64,000 nucleotides of DNA, taken from positions 7,566-71,565 of the forward strand of contig JBMHCH010000010.1 in the NCBI GenBank assembly GCA_049890015.1, in the 5' to 3' direction. Under the pieces are notes generated by a model. It saw only the letters and a list, made by a program, of their open reading frames with translations. It did no database searches and was not told the DNA's origin. This DNA is from Candidatus Puniceispirillaceae bacterium (lineage in GTDB: Bacteria; Pseudomonadota; Alphaproteobacteria; Puniceispirillales; Puniceispirillaceae). The position numbers and the translations under genes are program-made. Below are positions 46,347-56,580 of this stretch, piece after piece; the first letter of the stretch is position 1; every line of letters begins with the position of its first letter.

Positions 46347-48212
46347 ATGCGATACCAGTCAAATCTGTTTGCCCCGAACATCGCCGCCGCTCTTGTCGGA
46401 GCCACCATCATGGTCGGCACAGCGATGTCGGCCACGGCGGAGGTGATCACGTCCCACGGCATCTCGACATTCGGCGAACTGAAGTACGAACAGGGATTTC
46501 CGCATCTGGACTATGTCAATCCGGAGGCCCCGAAAGGCGGCGAGATCTCCATCTGGGGATTCGGATCGTTCGACTCGATGCACCCCTACACCACCAAGGG
46601 ACGCTCCGGACAGTTGTCCTCGATCTTCTTCGAAAGCCTTCTGGAAGGCACAGCGGATGAACCCGACTCCGTCTACGGCCTTGTCGCAGAATCCCTGGAA
46701 TATCCGGAAGATCGCAGCCATGTCATCTTCAACATGCGGCCGGAGGCCCGGTTTTCCGACGGCACGCCGCTGACAGCCGATGATGTGGTATTTTCCTATG
46801 AGACGCTGCGTGACAAGGGTCTTCCTTCCTTCCGCGCTGTCATCCAGAAACAGGTCGAAAGCGCCGAGGCGCTCGGTCCGCACCGTGTGAAATTCACTTT
46901 CAAGCAGGGCGTGCCGACGCGCGACCTGCCGCAGACAGTTGGCGGGCTGCCGATCTTCTCCAAAGCCTATTATGAACGTACCGGCGCCGATTTCGAGGCC
47001 TCCACACTGGAGCCCGGCATCGGCTCAGGCCCCTATGTGCTGGACTCACTCGAGGTTGGTCAGCAGATCATCTACAGACGCAACCCCGATTACTGGGGCA
47101 AGGACCTGCCGATCAACAAAGGCCGGCACAATTTCGACCACATCCGGATTGAGTATTTCGCCGACTACAACAGCGCCTTTGAAGGGTTCAAGGCAGGCAC
47201 CTATACCTACCGCACCGAGGCATCGTCCAAAATCTGGGCCACCGGATATGATTTTCCGGCCATCGAGAAAGGCTGGGCGGTAAAGGACACGCCGCCAGAC
47301 GGCACGCTGGCGACCGGCCAGTCATTTGTCTTCAACCTGCGCCGCGACAAGTTTTCAGACAGGCGGGTGCGCGAGGCCATCGGTCTGATGTTCAATTTCG
47401 AATGGTCGAACAAGACCCTCTTCTACGGCATTTATGAGCGGATAAATTCCTTCTGGGAAAACAGCTACCTGAAGGCCGAAGGCGTTGCCGGGGCGGGTGA
47501 GCGCCGTTTCCTCGATCCGCTTGCCGGCAAACTGCCGGATGGCGTGCTCGACCAGCCGGCGGTGATGGCGCCTGTTTCTTCGGAACGTCAGCTTGACCGA
47601 AAGAATCTGCGGCGCGCCTCGACGCTTCTTGACGAGGCGGGATGGCCGGTTGGCGATGACGGCATGCGCCGGAACGCCGCCGGCGAGACCCTTCAGGTCG
47701 AAATCCTGAATGATTCCCAGGCGTTCGACCGGGTGATCAATCCCTATATCGAGAATTTGCGCGCCCTTGGCGTTGACGCTGTCCATACCCGCATTGACAA
47801 CGCGCAGATGACCGAGCGGGAGCGAAGCTTCAATTTCGACATGGTTGTCGGCAATTTCCGTACCGCTCTGACCCCGGGTTCGGAGCTGGAGCAGTATTTC
47901 GGGTCGGAAAGCGCGGAATTCTCGATCTTCAACCTTGCCGGTTATGGCAGCGAGGCTGTCGACAGCCTGATCGACGCGGTAGAGGCGGCCGAGGATCGCA
48001 AGACGCTGGATGATGCGACACGCGCGCTCGACCGGGTGCTCCGCGCTGAAATATTCTGGGTGCCGCAATGGTTCCGCAACATCCACACCATTGCCTATTA
48101 CGACATGTACCGGTACCCGGAAAACCTGCCGCCCTATGCGCTTGGAACACTGGATTTCTGGTGGTTCGACGAGGCGGCCCATGACAGGCTGAAGGCAGCG
48201 GGCGCCTTCTAG
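46347..48212 (+). CDS. yejA: ABC transporter peptide-binding protein (family 5, YejA-like)
   Basis: Signal peptide, [41 protein letters not shown]. Confidence 0.85.
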   Translation: MRYQSNLFAPNIAAALVGATIMVGTAMSATAEVITSHGISTFGELKYEQGFPHLDYVNPEAPKGGEISIWGFGSFDSMHPYTTKGRSGQLSSIFFESLLEGTADEPDSVYGLVAESLEYPEDRSHVIFNMRPEARFSDGTPLTADDVVFSYETLRDKGLPSFRAVIQKQVESAEALGPHRVKFTFKQGVPTRDLPQTVGGLPIFSKAYYERTGADFEASTLEPGIGSGPYVLDSLEVGQQIIYRRNPDYWGKDLPINKGRHNFDHIRIEYFADYNSAFEGFKAGTYTYRTEASSKIWATGYDFPAIEKGWAVKDTPPDGTLATGQSFVFNLRRDKFSDRRVREAIGLMFNFEWSNKTLFYGIYERINSFWENSYLKAEGVAGAGERRFLDPLAGKLPDGVLDQPAVMAPVSSERQLDRKNLRRASTLLDEAGWPVGDDGMRRNAAGETLQVEILNDSQAFDRVINPYIENLRALGVDAVHTRIDNAQMTERERSFNFDMVVGNFRTALTPGSELEQYFGSESAEFSIFNLAGYGSEAVDSLIDAVEAAEDRKTLDDATRALDRVLRAEIFWVPQWFRNIHTIAYYDMYRYPENLPPYALGTLDFWWFDEAAHDRLKAAGAF

Positions 48213-48247
48213 GCGGCCTTGCGCGCGACCAGGGAGACACCGCCGGA

Positions 48248-49327
48248 ATGCTGGCCTATATCCTGCGCAGACTGGCACTGATCCTGCCGACGCTGTTCGG
48301 CATCATGTTGATCAATTTCGTGCTGGTCCAGTTCGTGCCGGGCGGTCCGGTCGAACAGATTCTGGCACAGCTCGAACAGGAGGCGGATGTCTTTCAGGGC
48401 ATTGCCGGAGGTGGCGGCGAAATCCGTCAGGCCAGCGAGACAGGCGACTATCTTGGCGCGCAGGGCCTGCCCGAGGATTTCATCGCCGACCTCGAGCGCC
48501 AGTTCGGGTTCGACAAGCCTGCTGGCGAACGATTCCTGCATATGATCTGGGATTACCTGCGCTTCGATTTCGGGGAAAGCTATTTCCGGTCGATCTCCGT
48601 CACCGACCTGATCATCGAAAAAATGCCGGTTTCGATCTCCCTCGGCCTGTGGAGCACGCTTCTTGCCTACCTGATCTCGATACCGCTCGGCATCCGCAAG
48701 GCGGTGCGCGACGGCACCGGTTTCGACAGCTGGACCTCAAGCCTGATCATTGTCGGCTACGCCATCCCGGGCTTCCTGTTCGCGATCCTGCTGCTGGTGC
48801 TGTTCGCAGGCGGCTCCTACATGAAAATCTTCCCGCTGCGGGGGCTGGTCTCGCCGGAATTCGCGGACATGCCAGCCTGGCGGCAGGTACTGGACTATTT
48901 CTGGCACATCGCGCTGCCGGTCCTTGCCTCTACGATCTCGGCCTTCGCCACCCTGACATTGCTGACGAAGAACTCCTTCCTTGATGAAATCCGCAAGCAG
49001 TATGTGCTGACGGCGCGGGCGAAAGGACTGACCGAGCGGCGGGTGCTCTATGGCCATGTGTTTCGCAACGCGATGCTGATTGTCATCGCCGGATTTCCGG
49101 CTGTGTTTGTGTCGGTGTTCTTCGGCAGCTCGCTGATCATCGAGACCATATTCTCGCTCGACGGGCTTGGCCGCATGGGCTTCGAGGCGGCGGTGGCGCG
49201 TGACTACCCGGTGGTGTTCGGCACCTTGTACATCTTCAGCCTCATAGGCCTTGTCATCGGGCTGATCTCCGACCTGATGTATGTCTGGATCGATCCCCGG
49301 ATCGATTTCGAGAGGCGGCTGTCATGA
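48248..49327 (+). CDS. yejB: ABC transporter permease
   Basis: [42 protein letters not shown]. Confidence 0.9.
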   Translation: MLAYILRRLALILPTLFGIMLINFVLVQFVPGGPVEQILAQLEQEADVFQGIAGGGGEIRQASETGDYLGAQGLPEDFIADLERQFGFDKPAGERFLHMIWDYLRFDFGESYFRSISVTDLIIEKMPVSISLGLWSTLLAYLISIPLGIRKAVRDGTGFDSWTSSLIIVGYAIPGFLFAILLLVLFAGGSYMKIFPLRGLVSPEFADMPAWRQVLDYFWHIALPVLASTISAFATLTLLTKNSFLDEIRKQYVLTARAKGLTERRVLYGHVFRNAMLIVIAGFPAVFVSVFFGSSLIIETIFSLDGLGRMGFEAAVARDYPVVFGTLYIFSLIGLVIGLISDLMYVWIDPRIDFERRLS

Positions 49328-50430
49328 GCGATATCTCTCTCAACCAGCGGCGCTGGCAGAATTTCAGACGCAACCGTCGGGCTTTCATCTCCCTGATCAT
49401 TTTCGGGGTCTGTTTCGGCCTGTCGCTGTTCGCCGAGCTGATCGCAAATGACCGGCCGATCCTTGTGAAGTACCGCGACGGTCTGTACGCCCCGATCTTC
49501 CAGTTCTATTCAGAGCAGACATTCGGCGGTGATCTGCGCACCGAGGCGATCTACGGCGATATCGAGGTGCAATGCCTGATCGTCACCGGCGGCATGGAAG
49601 CCTGCTGGGATACGCCGGAGACATTGATCGAGGATGCGGCTGACGGCATCGTCGGCGATGAGGGTATCTCGCGGGGCTGGATCATCTGGCCTCTGATCCC
49701 CTTCCATCATTCGACCATCGCGACGCTGGATGTGCCGGCGCCGTCTCCGCCTGATTCCGATCACTGGCTTGGCACGGACGATACGGCGCGCGATGTTCTT
49801 GCGCGGATCATCTATGGCTTCCGCCTGTCGGTGCTCTTCGCGATTTTCGTGTCGGTCATGGCCTCCGCCATCGGGATATTCGTCGGCGCTGTCCAGGGTT
49901 ACCTGGGAGGACGGACCGACCTGTTCGCGCAGCGCCTGATCGAAATCTGGGGCGCGACACCCTCGCTCTACATCATCATCATTGTATCGGCCATCTGGCG
50001 GATGGATTTCTGGCTTCTGGTCATCCTGATGACATTGTTCAGCTGGACCGCTCTGGTCGGGGTGGTTCGCGCCGAATTCCTGCGGGCCCGCAATTTCGAA
50101 TATGTCCAGGCGGCAAAGGCTCTTGGCGTGCGCCCGCTGGTGATCATGTTCCGCCATGTCCTGCCGAACGCTATGGTGGCGACCCTGACAATGCTGCCCT
50201 TCATCGTGACCGGAGCCATCGGGTCGCTGGCCGCGCTTGATTTCCTGGGCTTCGGGCTGCCGTCCTCGGCTCCCTCGCTCGGCGAGCTGACGCTGCAGGC
50301 CAAGCAGAACCTTCAGGCTCCCTGGCTGGGGCTGACGGCCTTTGCGGTCTTCGCGCTGCTGCTCGCCCTGCTGGTCTTCATCTTCGAAGGGGTGCGCGAC
50401 GCCTTCGACCCGCGAAAGACATTTGCATGA
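49324..50430 (+). CDS. yejE: ABC transporter permease
   Basis: [37 protein letters not shown]. Confidence 0.9.
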   Translation: MSDISLNQRRWQNFRRNRRAFISLIIFGVCFGLSLFAELIANDRPILVKYRDGLYAPIFQFYSEQTFGGDLRTEAIYGDIEVQCLIVTGGMEACWDTPETLIEDAADGIVGDEGISRGWIIWPLIPFHHSTIATLDVPAPSPPDSDHWLGTDDTARDVLARIIYGFRLSVLFAIFVSVMASAIGIFVGAVQGYLGGRTDLFAQRLIEIWGATPSLYIIIIVSAIWRMDFWLLVILMTLFSWTALVGVVRAEFLRARNFEYVQAAKALGVRPLVIMFRHVLPNAMVATLTMLPFIVTGAIGSLAALDFLGFGLPSSAPSLGELTLQAKQNLQAPWLGLTAFAVFALLLALLVFIFEGVRDAFDPRKTFA

Positions 50431-52019
50431 GCGCACCCCTTCTTTCGCTCAGGAACCTTGCCGTATCCTTCAGGCGCGACGGCATCGCGACAGCGGCGGT
50501 ACGGGGACTGTCCCTCGATGTCAATGCGGGCGAGACGGTGGCGCTTGTCGGTGAAAGCGGATCGGGAAAGTCCGTGTCGGCACTGGCCAGCCTCGGGCTT
50601 CTTGCCGACAACGCTGTTCAGACCGGCAGCGTCAGCTGGAAGGGTCAGACAATCGACCCTGCTGACGAGGCGCGCATGCGCCAGCTTCGCGGCAACGAGA
50701 TCGGCATGATCTTCCAGGAGCCGATGACGTCACTGAACCCCCTGCACACCATCGAGAAACAGATCGGCGAGAGCCTTGGCCAGCATCAGGCAATGAGCAA
50801 TGCGGCGGCGCGGGATCGCACGTTGGACCTTCTGGAACAGGTTGGCATTCCCGATCCGAAGCTCCGCCTCGGCAACCATCCGCACGAACTGTCGGGCGGA
50901 CAGCGGCAGAGGGTGATGATCGCGATGGCGCTCGCCAACCAGCCCGACCTTCTGATTGCTGATGAGCCGACCACCGCGCTGGATGTCACCATCGAGTCGC
51001 AGATCCTTGATCTTCTGGCGGATCTGAAGCGGAAATCAGGTCTGTCCATGCTGTTCATCACGCATGATCTTGGCGTGGTGCGCCAGATTGCCGACCGGGT
51101 CTTTGTCATGCGCGGTGGCGAGCTTGTGGAAAGCGGCGACGTGAAGACGGTATTCTCTAGCCCGCGGGCAGACTATACGCGCGATCTCATCTCCGCACAG
51201 CCGGACAGCATCCAGCCGGACATATCTGCAAAGGGCGACCCGGTTTTGCGCGGCATCGGCCTCAAGGTTCACTTTCCCATCCGCGGCGGGTTGCTTCGCC
51301 GCACAAGAGACTGGATCCGCGCTGTCGACGGGGTGAGCCTGACGCTGCACCAGGGACAGACCGTCGGCATTGTCGGCGAGAGCGGCTCCGGCAAATCCAC
51401 CCTGGCGCGCGCCATCACAAGACTTGTGCCAAGCGAGGGGAAGATCACCCTCGATGGCGAAGATGTGTCCGATGCCGGTTCCGCCGCGCTGAAACCGTTC
51501 CGGCGTCAGGTGCAGATTGTCTTCCAGGACCCTTTTGGCGCGCTGTCTCCACGCCTGTCCGTTGGCGAGATCATCGCCGAGGGTCTGGTGGTGCATGATA
51601 TCGGCACGCCCGCGGAACGAAAGGCCGCTGTCGCCGAGGCGTTGACGGAAGTCGGGCTTGATCCGGCATCGGCCTCCCGCTATCCGCACGAGTTTTCAGG
51701 CGGCCAGCGCCAGCGCATCGCCATTGCAAGGGCGCTGATCCTGAAGCCGCGCGTGATCCTGTTCGACGAGCCGACATCGGCCCTCGACATGACAGTACAG
51801 AAATCGCTTGTCGCGCTTCTCGGCGATCTGCAGCAGCGCCATCAACTGAGCTATATCTTCATCAGCCACGACATCGCCCTGATCGCCTCTATCAGTCACC
51901 ATATGCTGGTGATGAAGGATGGCGTCGTCGTCGAGGAAGGCAGCGCCCGGGCAATCCTCACCGCGCCGCGACAGGATTACACCAAGGCGCTTATCGCCGC
52001 CGCCGCGCGCAAGAGCTGA
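50427..52019 (+). CDS. yejF: ABC transporter duplicated ATPase
   Basis: Two GESGSGKS, LSGGQRQR and FSGGQRQR, DEPT. Confidence 0.9.
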   Translation: MSAPLLSLRNLAVSFRRDGIATAAVRGLSLDVNAGETVALVGESGSGKSVSALASLGLLADNAVQTGSVSWKGQTIDPADEARMRQLRGNEIGMIFQEPMTSLNPLHTIEKQIGESLGQHQAMSNAAARDRTLDLLEQVGIPDPKLRLGNHPHELSGGQRQRVMIAMALANQPDLLIADEPTTALDVTIESQILDLLADLKRKSGLSMLFITHDLGVVRQIADRVFVMRGGELVESGDVKTVFSSPRADYTRDLISAQPDSIQPDISAKGDPVLRGIGLKVHFPIRGGLLRRTRDWIRAVDGVSLTLHQGQTVGIVGESGSGKSTLARAITRLVPSEGKITLDGEDVSDAGSAALKPFRRQVQIVFQDPFGALSPRLSVGEIIAEGLVVHDIGTPAERKAAVAEALTEVGLDPASASRYPHEFSGGQRQRIAIARALILKPRVILFDEPTSALDMTVQKSLVALLGDLQQRHQLSYIFISHDIALIASISHHMLVMKDGVVVEEGSARAILTAPRQDYTKALIAAAARKS

Positions 52020-52122
52020 CCCCTGAAGAAGGCGACACCTGCAACCCTGTCGTCAGCAAAACGACCAGTATTCATAGGGCTCGCTGGCGAATCCGCGCTA
52101 TCTGGGATAGGGTACTGGGCGT

Positions 52123-52137
52123 GAACAGGAGGTGAAC
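52123..52137 (+). promoter_or_regulatory. Alphaproteobacterial LexA (SOS) box GAAC-N7-GAAC
   Basis: gaac-aggaggt-gaac immediately before the mmcB ATG (52140); exact match to the alphaproteobacterial direct-repeat consensus. Confidence 0.85.
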
Positions 52138-52139
52138 AG

Positions 52140-52673
52140 ATGCAGCCATCCCGGAAAAGGGCCGACACCGGCGGGCTATCACAGGATATGCCCGCCACAG
52201 GGCGAATCACCAACGCCATAGCCCGCATGTTCATCGAACGCGGCGATGCCTGTCTTCGCGAATTCACTCTGAAATCCGGACGACGCGTTGACGTCATCGC
52301 GCTGGCGAAAGACGGGGAGATCATTATTGTCGAGGTCAAGTCGTCGCGACAGGATTTCCTCAGCGACGGCAAATGGCAGGACTATCTGGAATGGGCAGAC
52401 AGGTTCTATTTCGCCGTCGCCGACAGCTTTCCGCGTGATCTGCTGCCGGGGCCGGAAACCTGCGGCATCATCATCACCGACGGGTTCGACTGTTTCGAGT
52501 CGCAGCCGGCTCCGCTCACGAAACTGAAGGCGGCACGGCGCACGCATATGGCAAGAAGGCTGGCGCATGTCGCAATGCGGCGTCTGGAGTTCGGTCTTGA
52601 AAACGCGGCGATCGAGGGCGGGGTCGCCGTGCCCCTTGAAGAGGAGGATGCGGCCGGCATATTGCCGGCCTGA
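52140..52673 (+). CDS. mmcB: MmcB family DNA repair endonuclease (PD-(D/E)xK)
   Basis: LREFTLKSGRRVDV, IIIVEVKSSRQDFLSDGKWQDYLEWADRFYFAV, LKAARR; SOS box upstream. Confidence 0.9.
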   Translation: MQPSRKRADTGGLSQDMPATGRITNAIARMFIERGDACLREFTLKSGRRVDVIALAKDGEIIIVEVKSSRQDFLSDGKWQDYLEWADRFYFAVADSFPRDLLPGPETCGIIITDGFDCFESQPAPLTKLKAARRTHMARRLAHVAMRRLEFGLENAAIEGGVAVPLEEEDAAGILPA

Positions 52674-52694
52674 CGTCGATGTCGTGGCGCGCCG

Positions 52695-52838
52695 TTATTC
52701 GGCAGCGTCGGCCTTTTTCGCCTGCTTCTCCTGATAGGCGGCAAGCCTGGCTTCATATTCTTCCTTGGTCAGCTTGTGCCATCCGATGCAGTTGCCTGTC
52801 GGTGAGCGGCCGCAGCCGCATTTGCGAGGTTCGTTCAT
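52695..52838 (-). CDS. 47-aa CDGSH-like putative Fe-S protein
   Basis: MNEPRKCGCGRSPTGNCIGWHKLTKEEYEARL...; Cys-x-Cys-x2-Ser...Cys-x-Gly-x-His spacing. Confidence 0.65.
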   Translation of the reverse strand: MNEPRKCGCGRSPTGNCIGWHKLTKEEYEARLAAYQEKQAKKADAAE

Positions 52839-52948
52839 AAGTCCTGTATCCCATAGTCTGACATTCATCCCCCGCACCCTATATGGCGCCGGAGGACGCA
52901 AGAACAAGGTGTCAGGACAGGATGCGGCAGCGGGATGCGGGGCCAGGA

Positions 52949-53395
52949 TCAGGGAAGCGTTCCCTCAAGGACATAGCGCAGGATCTGGACAACCTGCTCC
53001 GGCGTCTCGGTCACCGCCAGCGCCGCCGCATCGACCTCCTTCAGCGCGTGCTGGTGATCCGGTCCATGCATGATGATCAGCGACTTTCCAAGAGCCGCCG
53101 CATAGCCGGCGTCAAAGGCGGCGTTCCATTGCCTGTATTTTTCACCGAACCGCACGACAACGATGTCGGCGGCGGCAATGGCATTGCGTGTGCGGATGGC
53201 GTTCAGACTGGCACCCTTGCTGTCATGCCAGAATTTGTCCGGCTCGGCGCCAAGGATCCGCACGCCGCAGTCATCGCTTGCCTCATGGTCTGTCACCGGG
53301 CCGCTGAAACTGACGGCAAGCCCGCCCGCCCCCTTTGTGATCTGGTCGCGCCAGTCGGTGTGGATTTCGCCAGAGAGATAGACATTCAGGGACAT
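52949..53395 (-). CDS. ytoQ: YtoQ family protein
   Basis: MSLNVYLSGEIHTDWR, VVRFGEKYRQWNAAFDAG, HALKEVDAAA. Confidence 0.88.
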   Translation of the reverse strand: MSLNVYLSGEIHTDWRDQITKGAGGLAVSFSGPVTDHEASDDCGVRILGAEPDKFWHDSKGASLNAIRTRNAIAAADIVVVRFGEKYRQWNAAFDAGYAAALGKSLIIMHGPDHQHALKEVDAAALAVTETPEQVVQILRYVLEGTLP

Positions 53396-53472
53396 GGTCA
53401 GGTCTCGCTGTTTTCTCGAAAGGGGGCCGCTCATCATAGCACATCGCATGAGGTTGAGGGGGCCAAGGATTG

Positions 53473-54366
53473 TCACTCCGTCATGCGGCGGCACAGCTCG
53501 TCTATGTGTGCCTCGCCAATGCCGCAGCATCCGCCAATGAGGCTTACACCCTGCGCCCGCCAGCCATCCGCGAGGTCTGCGTAGTCATGCGGCGTGATCA
53601 CATCCTCGAACACCCAGCGTTTGTCGATTTCAGTGGAGGAATGCGCATAGACGCCGATCGGCCCGCCCCAGTCGCGCCGCACATCGTCAATGGAGGCCGA
53701 AACAAATTCCACTTCGGTATGCATGATGTTGATCAACTCGACCCCGCCGGCGGCGATGGCGCGCACCGCAGGGGCCAGCGGATCCCCCTCGCGAAGACGG
53801 ATATGGCCGTCCGGTGCCCGTCCGGTGGTGATCCCCGCCCATACCGGCAATCCGATATCGCGGACAGCCTCGAGCATTGTGTCCAGATTGGCCTGGTCAA
53901 CCATCATTTCCAGCATGATCAGATCAGCACCGGCAGCCTTCATTACGGAAGCCTGGCGGGTCGCTGCCGCACGCATCTCGCGGGCTGGCGGCATGTCGCC
54001 GCGCCAGCTCCAATAGGACATGCCGCCGGCGACAAGCGCCGCGTTGTTGCCGGCCGCCGCGCGCGCCTCCACGGCCAGCTCGACCGCGCGCCGGTTGTAG
54101 TCCTCGAACCGCGCGCCCTCGCCAGCAGCCTCAAGGGCGTGGAGATGGGTGGCGAAACTGTTGCTGATGATGACCTCGGCGCCAGCCTCAAGATAGTCGA
54201 GATGGACCTGGCGCACGATGTCCGGGTGGCTCAGCGCCCCGCCGCCATTCCAGGCATTATCGAGCTGCGGGACACCGCGCCGCTCCGCCTCGGTTCCGGT
54301 CGCCCCGTCAATCAAGACGCATTCACCGGCCCCCATTCGTGCCATCATGTCATCATAGCGCGACAT
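53473..54366 (-). CDS. Homocysteine S-methyltransferase family protein
   Basis: LIDGATGTE, VHLDYLEAGAEVIISNSF, ADLIMLEMM, IGGCCGIG. Confidence 0.88.
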   Translation of the reverse strand: MSRYDDMMARMGAGECVLIDGATGTEAERRGVPQLDNAWNGGGALSHPDIVRQVHLDYLEAGAEVIISNSFATHLHALEAAGEGARFEDYNRRAVELAVEARAAAGNNAALVAGGMSYWSWRGDMPPAREMRAAATRQASVMKAAGADLIMLEMMVDQANLDTMLEAVRDIGLPVWAGITTGRAPDGHIRLREGDPLAPAVRAIAAGGVELINIMHTEVEFVSASIDDVRRDWGGPIGVYAHSSTEIDKRWVFEDVITPHDYADLADGWRAQGVSLIGGCCGIGEAHIDELCRRMTE

Positions 54367-54400
54367 TCCTGCCCTCACCCTTTCGCACGCTGCACTCGCC

Positions 54401-55246
54401 CTATCCGATGCGGCAATGCGCGCCGCCATCCACCATCAGCGTCACACCGGTAATGAAGCTTGCGGCGTCACTGACAAGGAAAAGGGCGGCATTGGCCACA
54501 TCCCAGCCGGTTCCCATCTTGTTGCCAAGAGGCACCTTCGCATCCCGCATCCTGACCACCTCCTCGCGCGACATGTTCCACGCATCCATACGCGCATCCA
54601 CCGCCATTGGCGTGTTCATGAGGCCGGGCTGGATGCAGTTGACACGGATGCCGTGCGGGGCGTTCTGCAGGGCCGTCTGTTCGGTCACCGCCTTCATCCC
54701 GGCCTTGCTGGCCTTGTAAGTGACCCAGGGATAGGTTTCATGCGCCGCTGTCGAGGAAATGTTGATGATATTGCCCGACTGCTGTTCCCGCATGACGGGG
54801 AGCGCATGCTTGCAGGCCAGAACCATGGAACGAAGGTTGATCGCCATGATGCTGTCAAAAGCGTCGGAGTCGATTTCGCTGATCTCGGCGTCACCTCCGG
54901 CAACGGAAATGCCGACATTGTTGTGAAGGATGTCGATCCGGCCCCATTGCGAGATCGCCGCCCCGATCATCGCCCGGATATCCTCTTCCTTCGTGACATC
55001 AGCCTCGAAGGCGACCGCCTCGCCGCCGTCCCTGACAATCTCGCCGACGGTCTCGGCAGCGGCCTCGAGGCTTCGGTCGGCGACAAGGACCCGGGCGCCT
55101 GCACAGGCATAGGTGATGGCACAGGCCCGCCCGTTTCCGACGGTTTGCCCGGGTGTCTGCCCACCCCCGACAAGAACCGCCACACGGCCATCAAGCCGCA
55201 ACGCCTCACCGGGATTTGAACTGCGATCCTGAGCCACTTCACCCAT
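54401..55246 (-). CDS. Short-chain dehydrogenase/reductase
   Basis: Gly-rich GGG...GNG, DILHNNVG, NISS, YKASK, IRVNCIQPG, VDGG. Confidence 0.92.
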   Translation of the reverse strand: MGEVAQDRSSNPGEALRLDGRVAVLVGGGQTPGQTVGNGRACAITYACAGARVLVADRSLEAAAETVGEIVRDGGEAVAFEADVTKEEDIRAMIGAAISQWGRIDILHNNVGISVAGGDAEISEIDSDAFDSIMAINLRSMVLACKHALPVMREQQSGNIINISSTAAHETYPWVTYKASKAGMKAVTEQTALQNAPHGIRVNCIQPGLMNTPMAVDARMDAWNMSREEVVRMRDAKVPLGNKMGTGWDVANAALFLVSDAASFITGVTLMVDGGAHCRIG

Positions 55247-55352
55247 TGGTCCCTGCCATGACGTCCTGCCACCTCATCCTCGAACGGCGATGCGAGGCTG
55301 TCCATCAAAAACCGACAGATCCGGCCGACCGCGGCATCGGGCGGCAAGCAGT

Positions 55353-55685
55353 CTATCTTTTCTGCTGACAGTCGAAACAGAGGGTGACAGCCGGATCGAA
55401 TGCCAGACGCTCTTCCGGGATATCCTCTTCGCAGGACAGGCAGTAGCCGAATTCATCCTTGTCCAGACGGCGCAGGGCCGCCGCCAGGACGGCCAGCCTC
55501 GTCTTGCGCCGCTCCTCGCGGGCCAGATCCATGGATTGCTGCTGCATGGCGTCCATTCGTGACAGGCGGCCGACAGACTGCTGATCCAGTTCCACCGGAG
55601 CGCGGCCGTCCCTGCTGCCATCGCTCAGGGCGCGCAGCTCGCTCATCTCCTGCTCGATCCTGTCGCGATAGGATTTCCGGCTCAT
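55353..55685 (-). CDS. TraR/DksA C4 zinc-finger protein
   Basis: DQQSVGRLSRMDAMQQQ coiled-coil tip; FGYCLSC...ERL..DP...LCFDC. Confidence 0.88.
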   Translation of the reverse strand: MSRKSYRDRIEQEMSELRALSDGSRDGRAPVELDQQSVGRLSRMDAMQQQSMDLAREERRKTRLAVLAAALRRLDKDEFGYCLSCEEDIPEERLAFDPAVTLCFDCQQKR

Positions 55686-55817
55686 GCAAGACCAATCCTG
55701 TTCCTGTCCGGAGCAGACCGACAGCCAGCCTCCACAGCACGATCCGAGCAGGGCCATCGGTTCTGAAACACCCGATAAGGTCACAAAAGCAGCATAATAG
55801 CAGATGAATGGAAAAAA

Positions 55818-55894
55818 TGGTCGGAGCGGCGGGATTCGAACCCACGACCCCTTCACCCCCAGTAAAGTGCGCTACCAGGCTGCGCTACGCTCCG
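55818..55894 (-). tRNA. tRNA-Pro(GGG)
   Basis: CGGAGCGTAGCGCAGCCTGGTAGCGCA-CTTTA-CTGGGGG-TGAAG...GTTCGAATCC...CCGACCA; 77 nt with encoded CCA. Confidence 0.97.
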
Positions 55895-56026
55895 ACTCCG
55901 TTGGGTTATACGCGGCACGGCGAGATGGCGCAATTCCCTTTTCTCTGGCATTTGCGCGGCAGACAAAGCCTGGCTAATGGCTTATCATGCGCCGCTGGAC
56001 TGAAACGGATGAATGGTTGCCGGGCC

Positions 56027-56575
56027 ATGATGGAACGCGACAAATATATACTCTGGGATGCTGGCGAGGTGATCTACCGCGCCGGTGACCCATCGACCGA
56101 GGCATTCCTGATCATGGACGGATCTGTTCAGGTGTTCACCAATGAGGGTCTGTTGCTCAACAGGATCGGAGTGAACGAGATCCTTGGCGAAACCTCGCTT
56201 CTCCTCGATACGACACGGACCGTCACCGCAATCGCCTCATCGGTCGGCGCCAAGGCCACCCGCATTCCGCGACAGTATTTCGCCGATCTTGCGGCCCGTG
56301 ACCGGGTCGCGGCCGCCCTGATCCGCAAGAGCCAGTATCGTCTGATCGACAGCAACAAGCAAAGCAACATGCTTGGGCTTGAAATCGACAAGCTTGGCGA
56401 TCTGGTCGAGCGCGTGATCAGCAATGAAGACGATGATGCCAACGCCGTCACCGAGCTTCGCTCCTCACTTGCCGCCATTCGCAAGCAGGTCGTGTTTGAC
56501 AGGCATCTTGCCCATTACCCGAACACCGACGGCCCGACCAAGGCCGATGAGGAAAACGCCGAGAATTTCGGCTGA
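56027..56575 (+). CDS. Stand-alone cyclic-nucleotide-binding domain protein with helical C-terminus
   Basis: GEVIYRAGD, FLIMDGSV, ILGETSLL...RTVTA; no recognisable HTH. Confidence 0.8.
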   Translation: MMERDKYILWDAGEVIYRAGDPSTEAFLIMDGSVQVFTNEGLLLNRIGVNEILGETSLLLDTTRTVTAIASSVGAKATRIPRQYFADLAARDRVAAALIRKSQYRLIDSNKQSNMLGLEIDKLGDLVERVISNEDDDANAVTELRSSLAAIRKQVVFDRHLAHYPNTDGPTKADEENAENFG

Positions 56576-56580
56576 GATTC

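Noticed and set aside
46347-52019. yejABEF as evidence of a microcin or antimicrobial peptide system
   Set aside because: It is a widespread peptide importer; no precursor, modification or immunity genes are present.
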